From: Candidatus Roizmanbacteria bacterium
GTDB lineage: Bacteria; Patescibacteriota; Microgenomatia; UBA1406; GWC2-37-13
Direction of reading: 5' to 3'
DNA: 64,000 nt
Assembly: GCA_016214055.1 (NCBI GenBank)
Contig: JACRPE010000011.1
Span: 793-64,792 of the forward strand
Shown here: piece by piece, positions 34,616-45,801 of the stretch
How the letters are laid out: each line of letters begins with the position of its first letter
Numbering within the stretch: the first letter of the stretch is position 1
Program-made: the position numbers and the translations under genes
Notes under the pieces: generated by a model
What the model was told of the DNA's origin: nothing
Database searches by the model: none
Seen by the model: only the letters and a program-made list of their open reading frames with translations

Positions 34616-36130
34616 ATGTTTGACATCGGACATGTTTTTGCGTTTTTCAGGAAACATTTCACGAAAAAAGACCTTATTTTTATCTCGGGACTTATCATTC
34701 TCTACTTCCTGACACGTCTCATCAACCTTGAACAACTCCCCATATTCAATGATGAAGGAATTTATATCCACTGGGCAAAGATTGCATGGCATGATGCCTC
34801 ATGGAGATTTATATCCCTGACTGACGGCAAGCAACCTCTCCAGACCTGGGGCACGATACCTTTTCTTAAACTGTTCCCGAATAATGCGCTCGTTGGGGGA
34901 AGGTTATTTTCGGTTGCAACCGGGTTTTTGGGGTTAATTGGAATGATCACACTCCTCTTTTATTTTTTCGGAAAAAGAGCCGCTAAAATCGGAGGACTTT
35001 TGTATATTTTTATCCCCTATTTTCTCTTTTATGACCGCATGGCCATGGTGGATTCGGGCGTAAACGCTTTTTTTATATGGATACTATTTTTTTCCGTACT
35101 GCTTGTTAATACAATGCGGTTGGATGTTGCGGTTATATTCGGATTGGTTGCGGGTATGGGCCTCCTCGCCAAATCTTCGGTACGGGTCTTTTTAGGAATG
35201 TCTCTGTTTGCACCTCTCCTCATGAAAGATCTTTTCAGAAAAATGAAAGTTTCAAAAGTTATTTCCTTTCTTTTTCTCTTTGGTGTAACGGGAACTCTTG
35301 CAATTGCAATATACAACATCCAAAGACTGTCCCCCTTTCTTCATTTTGTGGAGGAAAAGAACAAAACATTTGTCATGACGTTTGGGGAATGGTTGAAGGA
35401 TCCGTTCGCCGTTTTATTTCATAATCTGGTCACGGTCCCTTATTATGTCTTCTCCGAACTCGGATGGGTTATCGTTCCCGTCGGATTTTTGGGACTGGTG
35501 GGGTTGTTTCAAAAAGACAAAAGAATGTTTCTTTACCTTTGCGCATGGATATTAATTCCTTATTTGGGAGTATCATTTCTGACGCGGGTACTCTTCCCCC
35601 GTTATATCATCTTTTTTGGAAGCCTCATCGTAATCTGTGCGGCATATTTTTTAAGTACTATCAGGAATAGAAAAATACTTCTTGCTTCGCTGCTGATTAT
35701 ATTGGGAAGCGCCTTTTATTTCGATTATTCCATGTGGTTTAACTATAAAGGGATTATATTCCCCGACACCGACCGGGGACAGTATATTGAAGGAATAACG
35801 GTAGGATATGGTGCAAAAGAAATAATTCAATACGCGCGGGAAAAAACAAAAGAAAAACCGGTGGTTATTTTAGCGGATGGAAACTTCGGGATGTCAGGAG
35901 ACATCCTTGATACATTTTTAAAACCCACCGATACGATTTCAATCGTGGGGTACTGGCCATTGGGTGATACGGAATTGCGGGCTCATCAATGGGAACTGAA
36001 AAATAAATATGTTTTTGTGGTCCTCGCACATCAACTCACCTATCCCTCGGAGTGGCCGGTCAAGTTAGTCCAATCCTACTATAAACCCAAACGCGACTCG
36101 GTCATCCATTTGCTTGAATTGACCAAATAG
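34616..36130 (+). CDS. ArnT/PMT-family glycosyltransferase
   Basis: IFNDEGIYIHWAKIA after TM1, 504-aa polytopic protein. TGGTATAAT lies 8 nt upstream of the ATG. Confidence 0.65.
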   Translation: MFDIGHVFAFFRKHFTKKDLIFISGLIILYFLTRLINLEQLPIFNDEGIYIHWAKIAWHDASWRFISLTDGKQPLQTWGTIPFLKLFPNNALVGGRLFSVATGFLGLIGMITLLFYFFGKRAAKIGGLLYIFIPYFLFYDRMAMVDSGVNAFFIWILFFSVLLVNTMRLDVAVIFGLVAGMGLLAKSSVRVFLGMSLFAPLLMKDLFRKMKVSKVISFLFLFGVTGTLAIAIYNIQRLSPFLHFVEEKNKTFVMTFGEWLKDPFAVLFHNLVTVPYYVFSELGWVIVPVGFLGLVGLFQKDKRMFLYLCAWILIPYLGVSFLTRVLFPRYIIFFGSLIVICAAYFLSTIRNRKILLASLLIILGSAFYFDYSMWFNYKGIIFPDTDRGQYIEGITVGYGAKEIIQYAREKTKEKPVVILADGNFGMSGDILDTFLKPTDTISIVGYWPLGDTELRAHQWELKNKYVFVVLAHQLTYPSEWPVKLVQSYYKPKRDSVIHLLELTK

Positions 36131-36131
36131 A

Positions 36132-37865
36132 ATGAATAAAAAAATCCGCATCATTGTCTTTTTCATTGCCTTTCTTTCAATCGCTTTCACCCTGGCAAAA
36201 ATACTCAATCCTTTAGATCCTCGGATGTTCAATTTTCATGATGACACTCAGGCGGCGCGCATCCAGCAGATGACGGTCAATCTCAAATCGGGACACATTC
36301 CGCCACGACTTGCCCCCACCCTCTCATACGGTCTGGGTTTTCCTGTTTTTAATTTTTATGCTCCGTTTTCATATCAAATTACCACAGGGTTTCATCTTTT
36401 GGGCATGTCAATTCCCATGGCTCTCAAGTTTTCTTTTTTCCTCAGTGTAGTTTTGTCTTTCGTGACGATGTTTTTATTACTTCAAACTTTTTTCGGGTTT
36501 TTGCCGAGTATATTGGGAGGGGTAGCCTATTCCTCATCCTTATGGTTTGCGGTTGAGATATTTGTGCGGGGCAACCTTGCGGAATGCTGGTTCTTGGTCC
36601 TGTTTCCTCTTGCGCTTTATGTGTTGATAATGAATTCCCGGAAACAATCAAAGTATCTGATGGCATTTTCTGTTTTTATAGTTGCGTTTACGCTGACCGT
36701 ACACAATGTGTTTTCACTGCTTGCACTCGTCATCCTCACTGCCTTTATACTTCTTTTTAAAAATAAAAAAAGAAACTTTTTAATCCTTGCGCTCGGACTT
36801 CTCCTATCATCCTATTTCCTCGTCCCTGCCATCTCAGAATTGAGTCTCACCTATGCCGCTCAGAATGCACAGCGGACTCATTACGAAGATCATTTTCTTT
36901 GTGCCAACCAGATTTGGAGTTCGCCTAAATGGGAGTTTTCGGGATCAACTGCTGGGTGTGAAAATGACGGAATGCCTTTTACTTTGGGTAAAATTCATAT
37001 TATCTTAGGAGCGCTTGGTATTGCCGTCTTTTTATTTGATGTGTTTAAAAATAAAACGAAAAAGTTTTCCTCAGAACAAACTTCCCTTTATGTTCTGGTA
37101 CTAACAATTGTCTCCTTATTTCTTACCACCTATCAATCCTCATTTATCTGGACCGTATTAAGCCCCGTCCTGTCTTTGTTCCAATTTCCCTGGCGCTTTC
37201 TGCTCTTTGGAGCGTTTGGCTTAGCTTATTTTATCGCCTATCTATTTAATAGAATCGAATTAAAAAACTATCGTGTTGCGGGAGTATTAACCATAATTAC
37301 AATATGTCTATTGATTTTCACATCAGTCAAATTTTTCTCAAAGCCTTGGCTTATGAGCTACGACGAATATGCGAGTGCTTATATGTCAGAAAATTATATT
37401 TCCCGAACGGTTGCTTATAACATGGCCGAGTATCTGCCTAAAACGGCAAACTATGATTATTGGAGAAGCTTTGACTCACAGATTCATCCGGGAAAAGACC
37501 TGTTGGTTGGGGTGACTCAAAATGCCCCCATTGAAACTCAAGACGTTTCATCATTGAAAATAATAAAAAATGATCCATTTTCAAAAACAGTTTCAATAAA
37601 TAAGTCTTCAACGATAAAAATAAACATTCACTACTTCCCGTTTTGGGAAATTAAAATAAACGGGGACAAAATGATACCGGACAAGTTTGATTCTTTAGGG
37701 AGACCGATAATAATATTATCTCAATCATCAACGATTACAGTTATATATAAAGAAACCCTCTTGGAAACAATAAGTAATATTATCTCTTTAATAGTATTGA
37801 TAATGACTGGAGCGCTCATATTTTATAAACCCTTATGGAACAAACTGAAACCTTTGCTCAAATAA
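36132..37865 (+). CDS. Large polytopic membrane protein (YfhO/GT-C-like)
   Basis: 577 aa. FHDDTQAARIQQM..GHIPPRLAPTLSYGLGFPVFNFYAP, with a C-terminal extracytoplasmic domain. Confidence 0.45.
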   Translation: MNKKIRIIVFFIAFLSIAFTLAKILNPLDPRMFNFHDDTQAARIQQMTVNLKSGHIPPRLAPTLSYGLGFPVFNFYAPFSYQITTGFHLLGMSIPMALKFSFFLSVVLSFVTMFLLLQTFFGFLPSILGGVAYSSSLWFAVEIFVRGNLAECWFLVLFPLALYVLIMNSRKQSKYLMAFSVFIVAFTLTVHNVFSLLALVILTAFILLFKNKKRNFLILALGLLLSSYFLVPAISELSLTYAAQNAQRTHYEDHFLCANQIWSSPKWEFSGSTAGCENDGMPFTLGKIHIILGALGIAVFLFDVFKNKTKKFSSEQTSLYVLVLTIVSLFLTTYQSSFIWTVLSPVLSLFQFPWRFLLFGAFGLAYFIAYLFNRIELKNYRVAGVLTIITICLLIFTSVKFFSKPWLMSYDEYASAYMSENYISRTVAYNMAEYLPKTANYDYWRSFDSQIHPGKDLLVGVTQNAPIETQDVSSLKIIKNDPFSKTVSINKSSTIKINIHYFPFWEIKINGDKMIPDKFDSLGRPIIILSQSSTITVIYKETLLETISNIISLIVLIMTGALIFYKPLWNKLKPLLK

Positions 37866-39280
37866 AACGGAAGACTCTGATAAGTACCCTGAGCCTCTTT
37901 TTTCAAAGCGGTTACTCTGCTTTTTTGGGTTTGGCGGCTAATCTGGTTGTCACCATACTTCTCACTCCCAAAATCTTTGGCATGTATATAACTACTCTTT
38001 CTCTCATCTCCGTTCTCAATTATTTTTCGGATATCGGACTTGCCGCCTCCTTAGTTCAAAAAAAGGAAGTATCTGATGATGACGTAAAGACTACATTCAC
38101 CGTCCAGCAATGTATGATAATCGTCGCAGTTTCCGTGGGTTTTCTTGTCACCAGTTTCGTAAAGGGATTTTATAAATTACCAACCGAAGGAGTTTATCTC
38201 TATTGGGCTCTCCTCATATCATTTTTTATTTCATCGCTCAAAACCATTCCCTCAATATTTTTGGAACGCAAAATAAAGTTTCAAAGAATAGTTCTGGTGC
38301 AGGTGATTGAAAATACGGTATTTTATCTCTCGGTTATTATCTTCGCCGTTTTAAAGTTTGAACTTTGGAGCTTTACCATCGCCGTTTTACTCCGGGCAGT
38401 CACCGGTCTTATCCTTATCTATATCTTATCACCATGGAGCCCAACCATAGGTATCTCAAAAAAAAGTCTGAAGCAACTTCTCTCCTTTGGGCTTCCGTTT
38501 CAGGCTTCGTCATTCCTTGCCCTTTTTAAGGACGACCTCATCATTCTCTTCTTGGGAAAAATACTCGGATTTGAAGCCCTTGGATACATCGGGTGGGCTA
38601 AAAAATGGGCCGAGGCACCCATACGGATCATTATGGACAATATCAGTCGTGTTCTTTTCCCTGTTATCTCCCGCATTCAACATGATAAAGTACAGATTGG
38701 TAAAGTCATCGACCGGATTCTCTACTATCAGACACTTATCCTTGCCCCAACCCTCATAACTATGGCTATATTTATGCAAAAGATGGTATTTATCATACCC
38801 AAATACGGCAAGTGGGCACCTGCTCTTCCATTATTTTATGTATTCTGTCTCGCCTCACTCTTCTCATCCTACTCTTCACCTTTTATGAATCTGTTTAATG
38901 CGCTCGGAAAAGTAAAGATCTCATTCACACTTATGTTTGTGTGGACCGTCACCACATGGATCCTTACCCCCCTGTTTACCCTATGGTTTGGTTTCTTCGG
39001 CTTTCCTTATGTACTACTTATCATCGCCTCATCTTCTTTGGGGGTGTCTTTTATCGCAAAGCGTTATATCTCATTTCATTTTTTCAAATCAATATATAAA
39101 TCATTGATGGCAACACTCTGCATGGGAGCCGTGTTACTCTTTATTATGCAGGCAGTACCCCATGTATATGCGGGCCTTGCCTTATCAGCCATCTTTGGAG
39201 CTCTGACTTATTATCTCGTGCTTTTATTATTATTTAGAATTAATTTAGTGAAGGAGTTACAATCATTGTTTGTAAAATAA
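37835..39280 (+). CDS. Oligosaccharide/polysaccharide flippase (Wzx, MOP superfamily)
   Basis: About 12-14 TM helices. The N-terminal LSLFFQSGYSAFLGLAANLVVTILLTP..GLAASLVQKKE pattern is typical of flippases. Confidence 0.7.
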   Translation: MEQTETFAQIKRKTLISTLSLFFQSGYSAFLGLAANLVVTILLTPKIFGMYITTLSLISVLNYFSDIGLAASLVQKKEVSDDDVKTTFTVQQCMIIVAVSVGFLVTSFVKGFYKLPTEGVYLYWALLISFFISSLKTIPSIFLERKIKFQRIVLVQVIENTVFYLSVIIFAVLKFELWSFTIAVLLRAVTGLILIYILSPWSPTIGISKKSLKQLLSFGLPFQASSFLALFKDDLIILFLGKILGFEALGYIGWAKKWAEAPIRIIMDNISRVLFPVISRIQHDKVQIGKVIDRILYYQTLILAPTLITMAIFMQKMVFIIPKYGKWAPALPLFYVFCLASLFSSYSSPFMNLFNALGKVKISFTLMFVWTVTTWILTPLFTLWFGFFGFPYVLLIIASSSLGVSFIAKRYISFHFFKSIYKSLMATLCMGAVLLFIMQAVPHVYAGLALSAIFGALTYYLVLLLLFRINLVKELQSLFVK

Positions 39281-39389
39281 AGTATACCCATCTTACTCCA
39301 GTTTGAACCCTAGAAAATTCCTATTTTCCAGGGAAAAAGTGGATTAGATGGGTGGATACTGAAAAAATTATAAATCTTTTTTTTAGTAT

Positions 39390-40286
39390 ATGAACCCCAT
39401 ATCCGCAATCATCGTGGCAAAAGAGAACCCACCTCATATTATTGAAACCATTGAATCAATAAGGGATTTTGTCAGTGAAATAATAATCGCTGACATTGGT
39501 ATAGATTCGGCTTTAAAGATGAAATTGTCATCATACTCATCAGTTCGATTCCTCAACATTCAAAAACAAATTCCCTACGTCGAACTTATCCGTGAAGACC
39601 TGAAACTGCAGGCAAAAGAGAAGTGGGTACTGTTTCTTGATCCTGATGAGGTACTGACTAAAGAACTCAAGCAAGAATTATCTGAAAACATACAAAGTTG
39701 TGATTACTTTTCCATACCCCGGAAAAATATCATCTTCGGCAGATGGATCCAACACTCCCGATGGTGGCCGGATGTGCAGGTGAGGCTTTTCAAAAAAGAT
39801 GCAGTGGTTTGGCCGACTGAAATTCACAAACAGCCAAAAGTATCGGGAAAAGAATACAAAATCGAACCGAAAGTAGAGTTTGCCATCACCCACTATAACT
39901 ATGAATCCATCGATGAGTATATTACAAAGGCCATGCGGTATGCCAAATCAGAGGCGTATGGATACGTGCAGAAAAAACAGACGATGACTTTATCAAAGAC
40001 AGTTACCGCGGCAGTATCAGAGTTTATAAGCCGATTCTTTGCGGGGGAAGGATACAAAGATGGGGTTCATGGCTTTATCCTAGCTATCTTTCAAATGTTT
40101 TATTCACTTCTTGTTTATTTCTACTTTCTTGAGCACTCCAAATTTAAAGGAGAAATGACTGAGAAAGAGCTTCTTCAAACTCCGGCAGAACTTTTTGGCA
40201 CATTGTATAAAGAATCGCTCTTTTGGAAAAAGAAGAAAGATTCTTTATCGTTGAAAGAAAAAATAATCGAAAAGTTTATCAGATGA
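39390..40286 (+). CDS. GT2-family glycosyltransferase
   Basis: ISAIIVAKENPPHIIETIESI, FLDPDE, PRKNIIFGRWIQHSRWWPD. Paralogue of 48581-49351. Confidence 0.75.
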   Translation: MNPISAIIVAKENPPHIIETIESIRDFVSEIIIADIGIDSALKMKLSSYSSVRFLNIQKQIPYVELIREDLKLQAKEKWVLFLDPDEVLTKELKQELSENIQSCDYFSIPRKNIIFGRWIQHSRWWPDVQVRLFKKDAVVWPTEIHKQPKVSGKEYKIEPKVEFAITHYNYESIDEYITKAMRYAKSEAYGYVQKKQTMTLSKTVTAAVSEFISRFFAGEGYKDGVHGFILAIFQMFYSLLVYFYFLEHSKFKGEMTEKELLQTPAELFGTLYKESLFWKKKKDSLSLKEKIIEKFIR

Positions 40287-41899
40287 TTATGAAACGTATT
40301 CTTCTTGTTCTCCTTTTTATTTCCCTCCTTACCAGATCCGCCTATTTAATCTGGGGAATGCCCTCACTTACCAACGACGAGGCCGATCTTTATACCACTT
40401 CATACGTCACGGCAAAGACAGGAAGTGATCAATATAATAATTCTGTTTTTCTTACCTCCGGTTTTTTAACCGCAAAACCAAGTATCCCGATCTATTTCGG
40501 GACTCTCCCCTGGTTTTTTACCTCGGAGAAAAGTATCTTTCTTGCACGCATTCCCTTTGCCCTGCTCAACAGTATCACTCCCCTTCTTTATTTTCTGATT
40601 GTCTATATATTGACCAAGAATCGTGTGCTTGCCCTTATTTCATTCAGCATCTTTAACTTCTCGCCGTGGTTCAGTTATTTGTCGGCAACCGGTTATGAGG
40701 CTTATATGGGTCTCTTTTTTCTCCTCCTTTCTCAACTCATTCTTTTGACAAAACTTTCTCAAATTAAAAAATATTTCCTGTACACCGTCACAACTTTTCT
40801 CGCCTTTAATTCTTATATGGGTTTAAAACCCATTTTTCCCCTCGTTTCATTTATTTTTTTATTAGTTGGGATGTTTCACTTTGATAAAAAGATACGATAT
40901 CTGGATGCGGGTAAAGCATTATTGATATCAATCATACTCTTTATTGTTTTTCTTACTTTCAATTATGTCATTCCCAACACTGAGCTTATTAAAAAAGAAT
41001 ATGCGAGTATGTCCTCCTATTTCAGTAAACAGGAAACAGAAGGAAGAGTATGGTTTGACAGGCTAACAACTAAAGGACCTTCACTGTTGAAGAGCGCTAT
41101 TTCAAACAAAGTTACTATCCGCTTGAAAGATCAGCTTGCCAAATATATGACCACGTTTAACCTTGCCATATTTTTTCAAAAGGGGGATCCGTCAGCCCTC
41201 TATGGTACCGCAGATCTTTCAGGCTTATTCTTTCTGAGTGATCTTCTTTTTTTCATCATCGGGGTAACTCAGCTCTACCGGATAAAAGAACGTTCCATCG
41301 GTCTTCTATTAACCCTTTTCTTTATCGGCGGTATTCCGGTTGCCCTCGCCGTCACCACTCCTACTTTTATATTAAGGTCAATTATTCTCATCATCCCCAT
41401 CACTTTGTTGATCTCCTACGGTTCTTATTTTTTGATAATGAGAATCAAGAAAAATAGGGGGATTCCTTTATTTATTTTATTATTGGTATGTAATTTTCTT
41501 ATTTTTTATACCTTGTATCAAACAAGGATTAAGGTGTTAAACTCGGAGCAGTGGCACTATAGTGACCGGATAGTTTCTGAAAAGTTAGCCAAATTAAACC
41601 CGGATGATAAGGTCTCAGTCTTTGTCTCCGAACCCAAACCCTTATTTCTTCAGTACGCATTTTATACGATGACTGACGCAAACCTCATAAAGAAGATAGC
41701 AATGCATGATGACTATAATTTTTCAGTAGGTAACTTGACAATCCAAAAAGAGTGTCCGTTGACTCTTCCCAAGGCGAATGAGGCGTATGTGTATAAATAT
41801 CTATATTGCACTCTACCAACATCTTCTAAAATTACCGTGGACGATAAGTTTGCGGTCGCCGGAGATAAAAGCGGATTGAATTATATGTTATTTAAGTAA
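40283..41899 (+). CDS. GT-C-like membrane glycosyltransferase
   Basis: LTNDEADLYTTSYVTAKTGSDQY after TM1. ATGA overlap with the upstream GT2. Confidence 0.6.
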   Translation: MIMKRILLVLLFISLLTRSAYLIWGMPSLTNDEADLYTTSYVTAKTGSDQYNNSVFLTSGFLTAKPSIPIYFGTLPWFFTSEKSIFLARIPFALLNSITPLLYFLIVYILTKNRVLALISFSIFNFSPWFSYLSATGYEAYMGLFFLLLSQLILLTKLSQIKKYFLYTVTTFLAFNSYMGLKPIFPLVSFIFLLVGMFHFDKKIRYLDAGKALLISIILFIVFLTFNYVIPNTELIKKEYASMSSYFSKQETEGRVWFDRLTTKGPSLLKSAISNKVTIRLKDQLAKYMTTFNLAIFFQKGDPSALYGTADLSGLFFLSDLLFFIIGVTQLYRIKERSIGLLLTLFFIGGIPVALAVTTPTFILRSIILIIPITLLISYGSYFLIMRIKKNRGIPLFILLLVCNFLIFYTLYQTRIKVLNSEQWHYSDRIVSEKLAKLNPDDKVSVFVSEPKPLFLQYAFYTMTDANLIKKIAMHDDYNFSVGNLTIQKECPLTLPKANEAYVYKYLYCTLPTSSKITVDDKFAVAGDKSGLNYMLFK

Positions 41900-43561
41900 G
41901 ATATAGCCTTTGTCTTTCAGTCTTTTTAAGATGTCTTCTTTCTGGCTGTTCAGGATATAGAGATCAGTCCTGAAATTGAATGATGAAGGACTCTTCACCA
42001 GTTCAATTCCTTTCATATTTTCAATTGAAGTATATTTCCCCTTCATCCAGTCAACGAAAAATGCTCCAAACTCCATAGCGGGAGTCATGAAGATGGAGGC
42101 TTCATGTTTGTAAATAATGATTTGAGGTGAGTGTTTTTTAAACTGTTCGAGAAATCCATATTTAAAATAATCATCTTCACGGAACTGAGGTAAGAGCGTG
42201 GGGAACTTCCCCGGAAGGGAAGCTTTCCTCACAAAAAACTCTTCATTTGGTTCATAAGGACCGATCCAGAAGTACTCTCCCTTTTCAAGAATATCGTCAA
42301 TAAATGAAGCTGAATAAGAGACGTCATAAATCCCCGGCATCTTCTGCGTATAACGGAGATAGAACTTGTCATAGGTATTCTTCAAGAGAAATAATACCGC
42401 AAATCCAAAGAAAAATACCAGAAAAACCACCAGTACTTTTTTAACCAGTGAGAAATACTCTTCCTTAAATTCGATGAATTTATATCTCCAGAATACCATG
42501 AGAGTCGAAATCATCCCCAAGGCAATAAACATACCCGACTGGTAATCGGTCTCCCCTATTTTCATAAGGTTACTGCGGGGGGCTGAAAAAGAAAGAATAA
42601 TAAAGAAAAGAAGGAATAAAAATTTATTTTCAAAGAAAAAGAATAAGAGAAGGACAAAGCTTCCGAGGGCAATGGTTAAGTCCACCGGGAAAAACAGATT
42701 AAACTCCTTTATACGGACCAGGAGGGGAATATAAGTTTCATAGAAGTTAAATATGATGGTGAGGGCAAATTTCAGCGGATTGAAATGCGGCCCTTTTGTG
42801 TAGTTGGGGATGCTTATGTATAACTTGGTGTTATAGACAAAATTAGCAATATAAAACTCCTTCCATGAGTTGCTTATGAGGAGGTACAGACCGTATAGAA
42901 CATAGGGCAGTATGGATAAACCCACCAGTTTAAACAACTTTTTCCATTCAAATTTATTTCTTAATAGAAGATAGAGCATCCACAGATAGAATGGTCCAGC
43001 TACATAGATGAAGGTGAGCGAAGAAAAAACAAACAGGAAGTTGATGAAAGACAGGATGTAAATAAATTTTTCAGTTGTCTCTTTTTGAAAAGTCTCAACG
43101 ACCAGTAGCCAAAATATTACGGAGAAAAAAAGAAATGCAAGGCTGTCTGCGATAAATAAGTGGGTCCAGTAATATACCGTGATGAGCGGATAGATGAAAA
43201 AATATGCCATGAAGTAGGGAAATGCATCGCTCTTTCTTTTTTTTATGTACATTCCGACTCCCAGCAGACAGGCAAACGTAAATATCCCCCACCAGATACG
43301 GAATAACACATAGGACCCGAACGAAAACCATTGGAGGACTGCTGATAAATACCACCCTCCCGGCAGATGATGATCAAAAAAATCCCGGTACGGCACCTTA
43401 CCCATATTGATGAACTTCCCGCCCAATATATTTACAAATTCATCGGGATACATCACATACATGGTGTTGGTAAGGAAGATTAAAAAAATTCCAACGAAGA
43501 GTAATACCGTCCAGTTAGGTTTACGAAGAAAAGACTTGATATAATTAAATATATGCTTCAT
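41888..43561 (-). CDS. GT-C-like polytopic membrane protein
   Basis: 557 aa, MYPDEFVNILGGKFINMGKVPYRDFFDHH after TM1. Confidence 0.5.
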   Translation of the reverse strand: MKHIFNYIKSFLRKPNWTVLLFVGIFLIFLTNTMYVMYPDEFVNILGGKFINMGKVPYRDFFDHHLPGGWYLSAVLQWFSFGSYVLFRIWWGIFTFACLLGVGMYIKKRKSDAFPYFMAYFFIYPLITVYYWTHLFIADSLAFLFFSVIFWLLVVETFQKETTEKFIYILSFINFLFVFSSLTFIYVAGPFYLWMLYLLLRNKFEWKKLFKLVGLSILPYVLYGLYLLISNSWKEFYIANFVYNTKLYISIPNYTKGPHFNPLKFALTIIFNFYETYIPLLVRIKEFNLFFPVDLTIALGSFVLLLFFFFENKFLFLLFFIILSFSAPRSNLMKIGETDYQSGMFIALGMISTLMVFWRYKFIEFKEEYFSLVKKVLVVFLVFFFGFAVLFLLKNTYDKFYLRYTQKMPGIYDVSYSASFIDDILEKGEYFWIGPYEPNEEFFVRKASLPGKFPTLLPQFREDDYFKYGFLEQFKKHSPQIIIYKHEASIFMTPAMEFGAFFVDWMKGKYTSIENMKGIELVKSPSSFNFRTDLYILNSQKEDILKRLKDKGYILLK

Positions 43562-44395
43562 AGATTAGCAATTATAACCGTTCTCTACAGGAATTATACC
43601 ATTCTTGACGACTTTTTTGCCTCTTTAGACAAACAGACGGATATTGACTTTCGGGTATACGTGGCTGATCTTACGGAAGAAAAAAAAGGATACGATTATC
43701 CCAATTATGTGACCTATATCCCCGAGAGAAACTGCGGATATGCCTACGGAGTGAATAAGGCAATCCAACAGGCAATTGAGGAGGGATATGACATGTTTTG
43801 CGTGATGAATTCCGACGTTTTCGTAAAAGGCGATTTTGCGGCGAAGGTTAAACGGAATCTGGAACACCATCCCGGATCCCTGCTGGGCGGGAAAATTTAT
43901 TATGCGCAGGGTTATGAGTTTCATAAAGAGCGCTATCCCGATGCGGCCCTTGGAAAAGTGCTGTGGTATGCGGGGGGAGAAAACGACTGGAAGAATTGCA
44001 CCACCAATCACCGTGGTGTGGATGAGGTAGATCACGGCCAGTATGACACATTTGCAAAGACTGATTTTATAACGGGCTGTCTTTTGTGTTATGACAAACA
44101 GGTATTTGACAGGGTTGGGAAATGGGATGAGTCATATTTTTTATATTACGAAGATGCAGACTTTTGTGAACGGGCAAAAAAGGAGAACATTCCCCTTTAT
44201 TATGATCCGGCTGTAGTGATATGGCATAAAAACGCCGCCTCAACCGGTGGTTCCGGCTCACCCATACATCAGGAATTTCAGAAAAGAAATCAACTCATAT
44301 TCGGTCTTAAGTATGCCCCCTTAAGAACAAAACTTCATCTGTTAAAGAACTACCTGTCTGATTTTTTAAATTCCATCTGCAAATGCAACGAGTAA
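43553..44395 (+). CDS. GT2-family glycosyltransferase (rhamnosyltransferase-like)
   Basis: AIITVLYRN, MNSDVFV, FITGCLLCYDKQVFDRVGKWDESYFLYYEDADFCERA. Confidence 0.75.
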   Translation: MLHRLAIITVLYRNYTILDDFFASLDKQTDIDFRVYVADLTEEKKGYDYPNYVTYIPERNCGYAYGVNKAIQQAIEEGYDMFCVMNSDVFVKGDFAAKVKRNLEHHPGSLLGGKIYYAQGYEFHKERYPDAALGKVLWYAGGENDWKNCTTNHRGVDEVDHGQYDTFAKTDFITGCLLCYDKQVFDRVGKWDESYFLYYEDADFCERAKKENIPLYYDPAVVIWHKNAASTGGSGSPIHQEFQKRNQLIFGLKYAPLRTKLHLLKNYLSDFLNSICKCNE

Positions 44396-45801
44396 AAAAA
44401 ATTGTTTTGGTGCTTTTTTTCTTAACTTTTTTCATTTTATTTTCGTGTATATCACTTTGGCGTTTTAACACGGGGCAGGTTTTCTATTATGATTTCGGCC
44501 ATTATGCCCGCATCATGTGGCTCATATCAAGGTTCCTGCCTCCCATCATCAATCATAAGGTCTTAGGGGAGATACATTTTTTCGGGGATCATTTTATCCC
44601 CGGCTTATATCTTATTGCCCCCTTGTTCTGGGCTACCGCAAAACTTCAGGTACTTCTCATCCAGCAGGTATTGGCAACGGTGTTTGCAGGCTTTCTCGTA
44701 TATAAGATTGTCGGAAAAGAAAAACTCCCCTTCATAACCTCACTCATTATTTCCTTTATATTCCTGCTGTTTGCCGGAGTTGAAAACCCCCTCGTCACCG
44801 ACTGGCACACGGAGTCAACTGCCGTTGCCTTCTTACTCTTATTTATCTATTTATTTTTTTACAGGAAAAAGGGCTTGCCCGCGCTTGTATGTGCGGTTAT
44901 CTTTATGAGCCTCAAAGACAGCAATCCTCTCTCATTTCTTTTTATGCTGATTCCTTATTTTTTTATTCAAAAAGAGAAGAGAAAAGAAATTATTTTTTAC
45001 GTGATATTCGCACTTTTATGGTTTGTGATAGGGGGTTATATCCTCACTCCCGCAATTTCCAAACAGCCCTACCTTTACTCCCCGGTGTTGCCGAGTAAAC
45101 CTTGGGAATTCGTTACAAACTTTGTTAACCTGCCCATTAAAAGAAAACTCATATTTGATTCGCTTGCATCATTCGGGTTTCTGCCCGTCTTTTCAGGAGT
45201 ATTTCTTTTACCCATCATCGCTGAGTTGAGTATCAGACTTGTTCCGACCTATATCCATTCGCAAAGCTTTACTCTGGGCATGCATTACAATGTATTTTTA
45301 GGAGCATTTCTCACTATTGCAACGATACAGGTTTTTTCAACGATTCATTTGAAGACGAAAAGATTTCAAATGGGACTCATTATATTATTATTACTTGTTT
45401 CGCTTTTCGTAGCAAAAAAGATTACCCGCCCACCTTTATTACTTGCAACAAATTCCGTCTTTTGGAAGGAGTGGAATGTCAAGGCTGAACTATTTAACGA
45501 AATAAAATTGGTGCCCGTATCGGGTTCAGTCATGAGTCAAAATAATATATTACCCCATCTGGTACAAAGAAAAGAAAAAGTATATCTTTTATCTCTTGAT
45601 TATAAAAAGTATCAACCGCAAACAATTATGTTTGACCTTGCCCCGGGACAGAATATCAACAATTACTATTCAGGCGAAATCCGCGATATTGAGCAGGTTC
45701 TGGAATTAAAAAGAAGATTGTTGAATGATAAAGATTATTTGCGCGTCACTACATTGTATAAAGATTTATATCTTTTTAAAAGGAATGTCAGTCCGAAGTA
45801 A
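44383..45801 (+). CDS. Polytopic membrane protein (DUF2079-like)
   Basis: 472 aa with YYDFGHYARIMW near TM1. The family name is from memory only. Confidence 0.4.
   Translation: MQRVKKIVLVLFFLTFFILFSCISLWRFNTGQVFYYDFGHYARIMWLISRFLPPIINHKVLGEIHFFGDHFIPGLYLIAPLFWATAKLQVLLIQQVLATVFAGFLVYKIVGKEKLPFITSLIISFIFLLFAGVENPLVTDWHTESTAVAFLLLFIYLFFYRKKGLPALVCAVIFMSLKDSNPLSFLFMLIPYFFIQKEKRKEIIFYVIFALLWFVIGGYILTPAISKQPYLYSPVLPSKPWEFVTNFVNLPIKRKLIFDSLASFGFLPVFSGVFLLPIIAELSIRLVPTYIHSQSFTLGMHYNVFLGAFLTIATIQVFSTIHLKTKRFQMGLIILLLLVSLFVAKKITRPPLLLATNSVFWKEWNVKAELFNEIKLVPVSGSVMSQNNILPHLVQRKEKVYLLSLDYKKYQPQTIMFDLAPGQNINNYYSGEIRDIEQVLELKRRLLNDKDYLRVTTLYKDLYLFKRNVSPK

Noticed and set aside
38487-38779. ORFs 38487-38759 (+) and 38510-38779 (-) within the flippase gene
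   Set aside because: They are alternative or antisense frames of a well-supported 481-aa MOP-flippase ORF.
43625-44261. Minus-strand and alternative-frame ORFs inside the GT2 gene 43553-44395 (43625-44035, 43836-44030, 43848-44057, 44067-44261)
   Set aside because: The sense frame carries clear GT2 motifs across the whole region. The others arise from a locally higher GC content and have no motifs.
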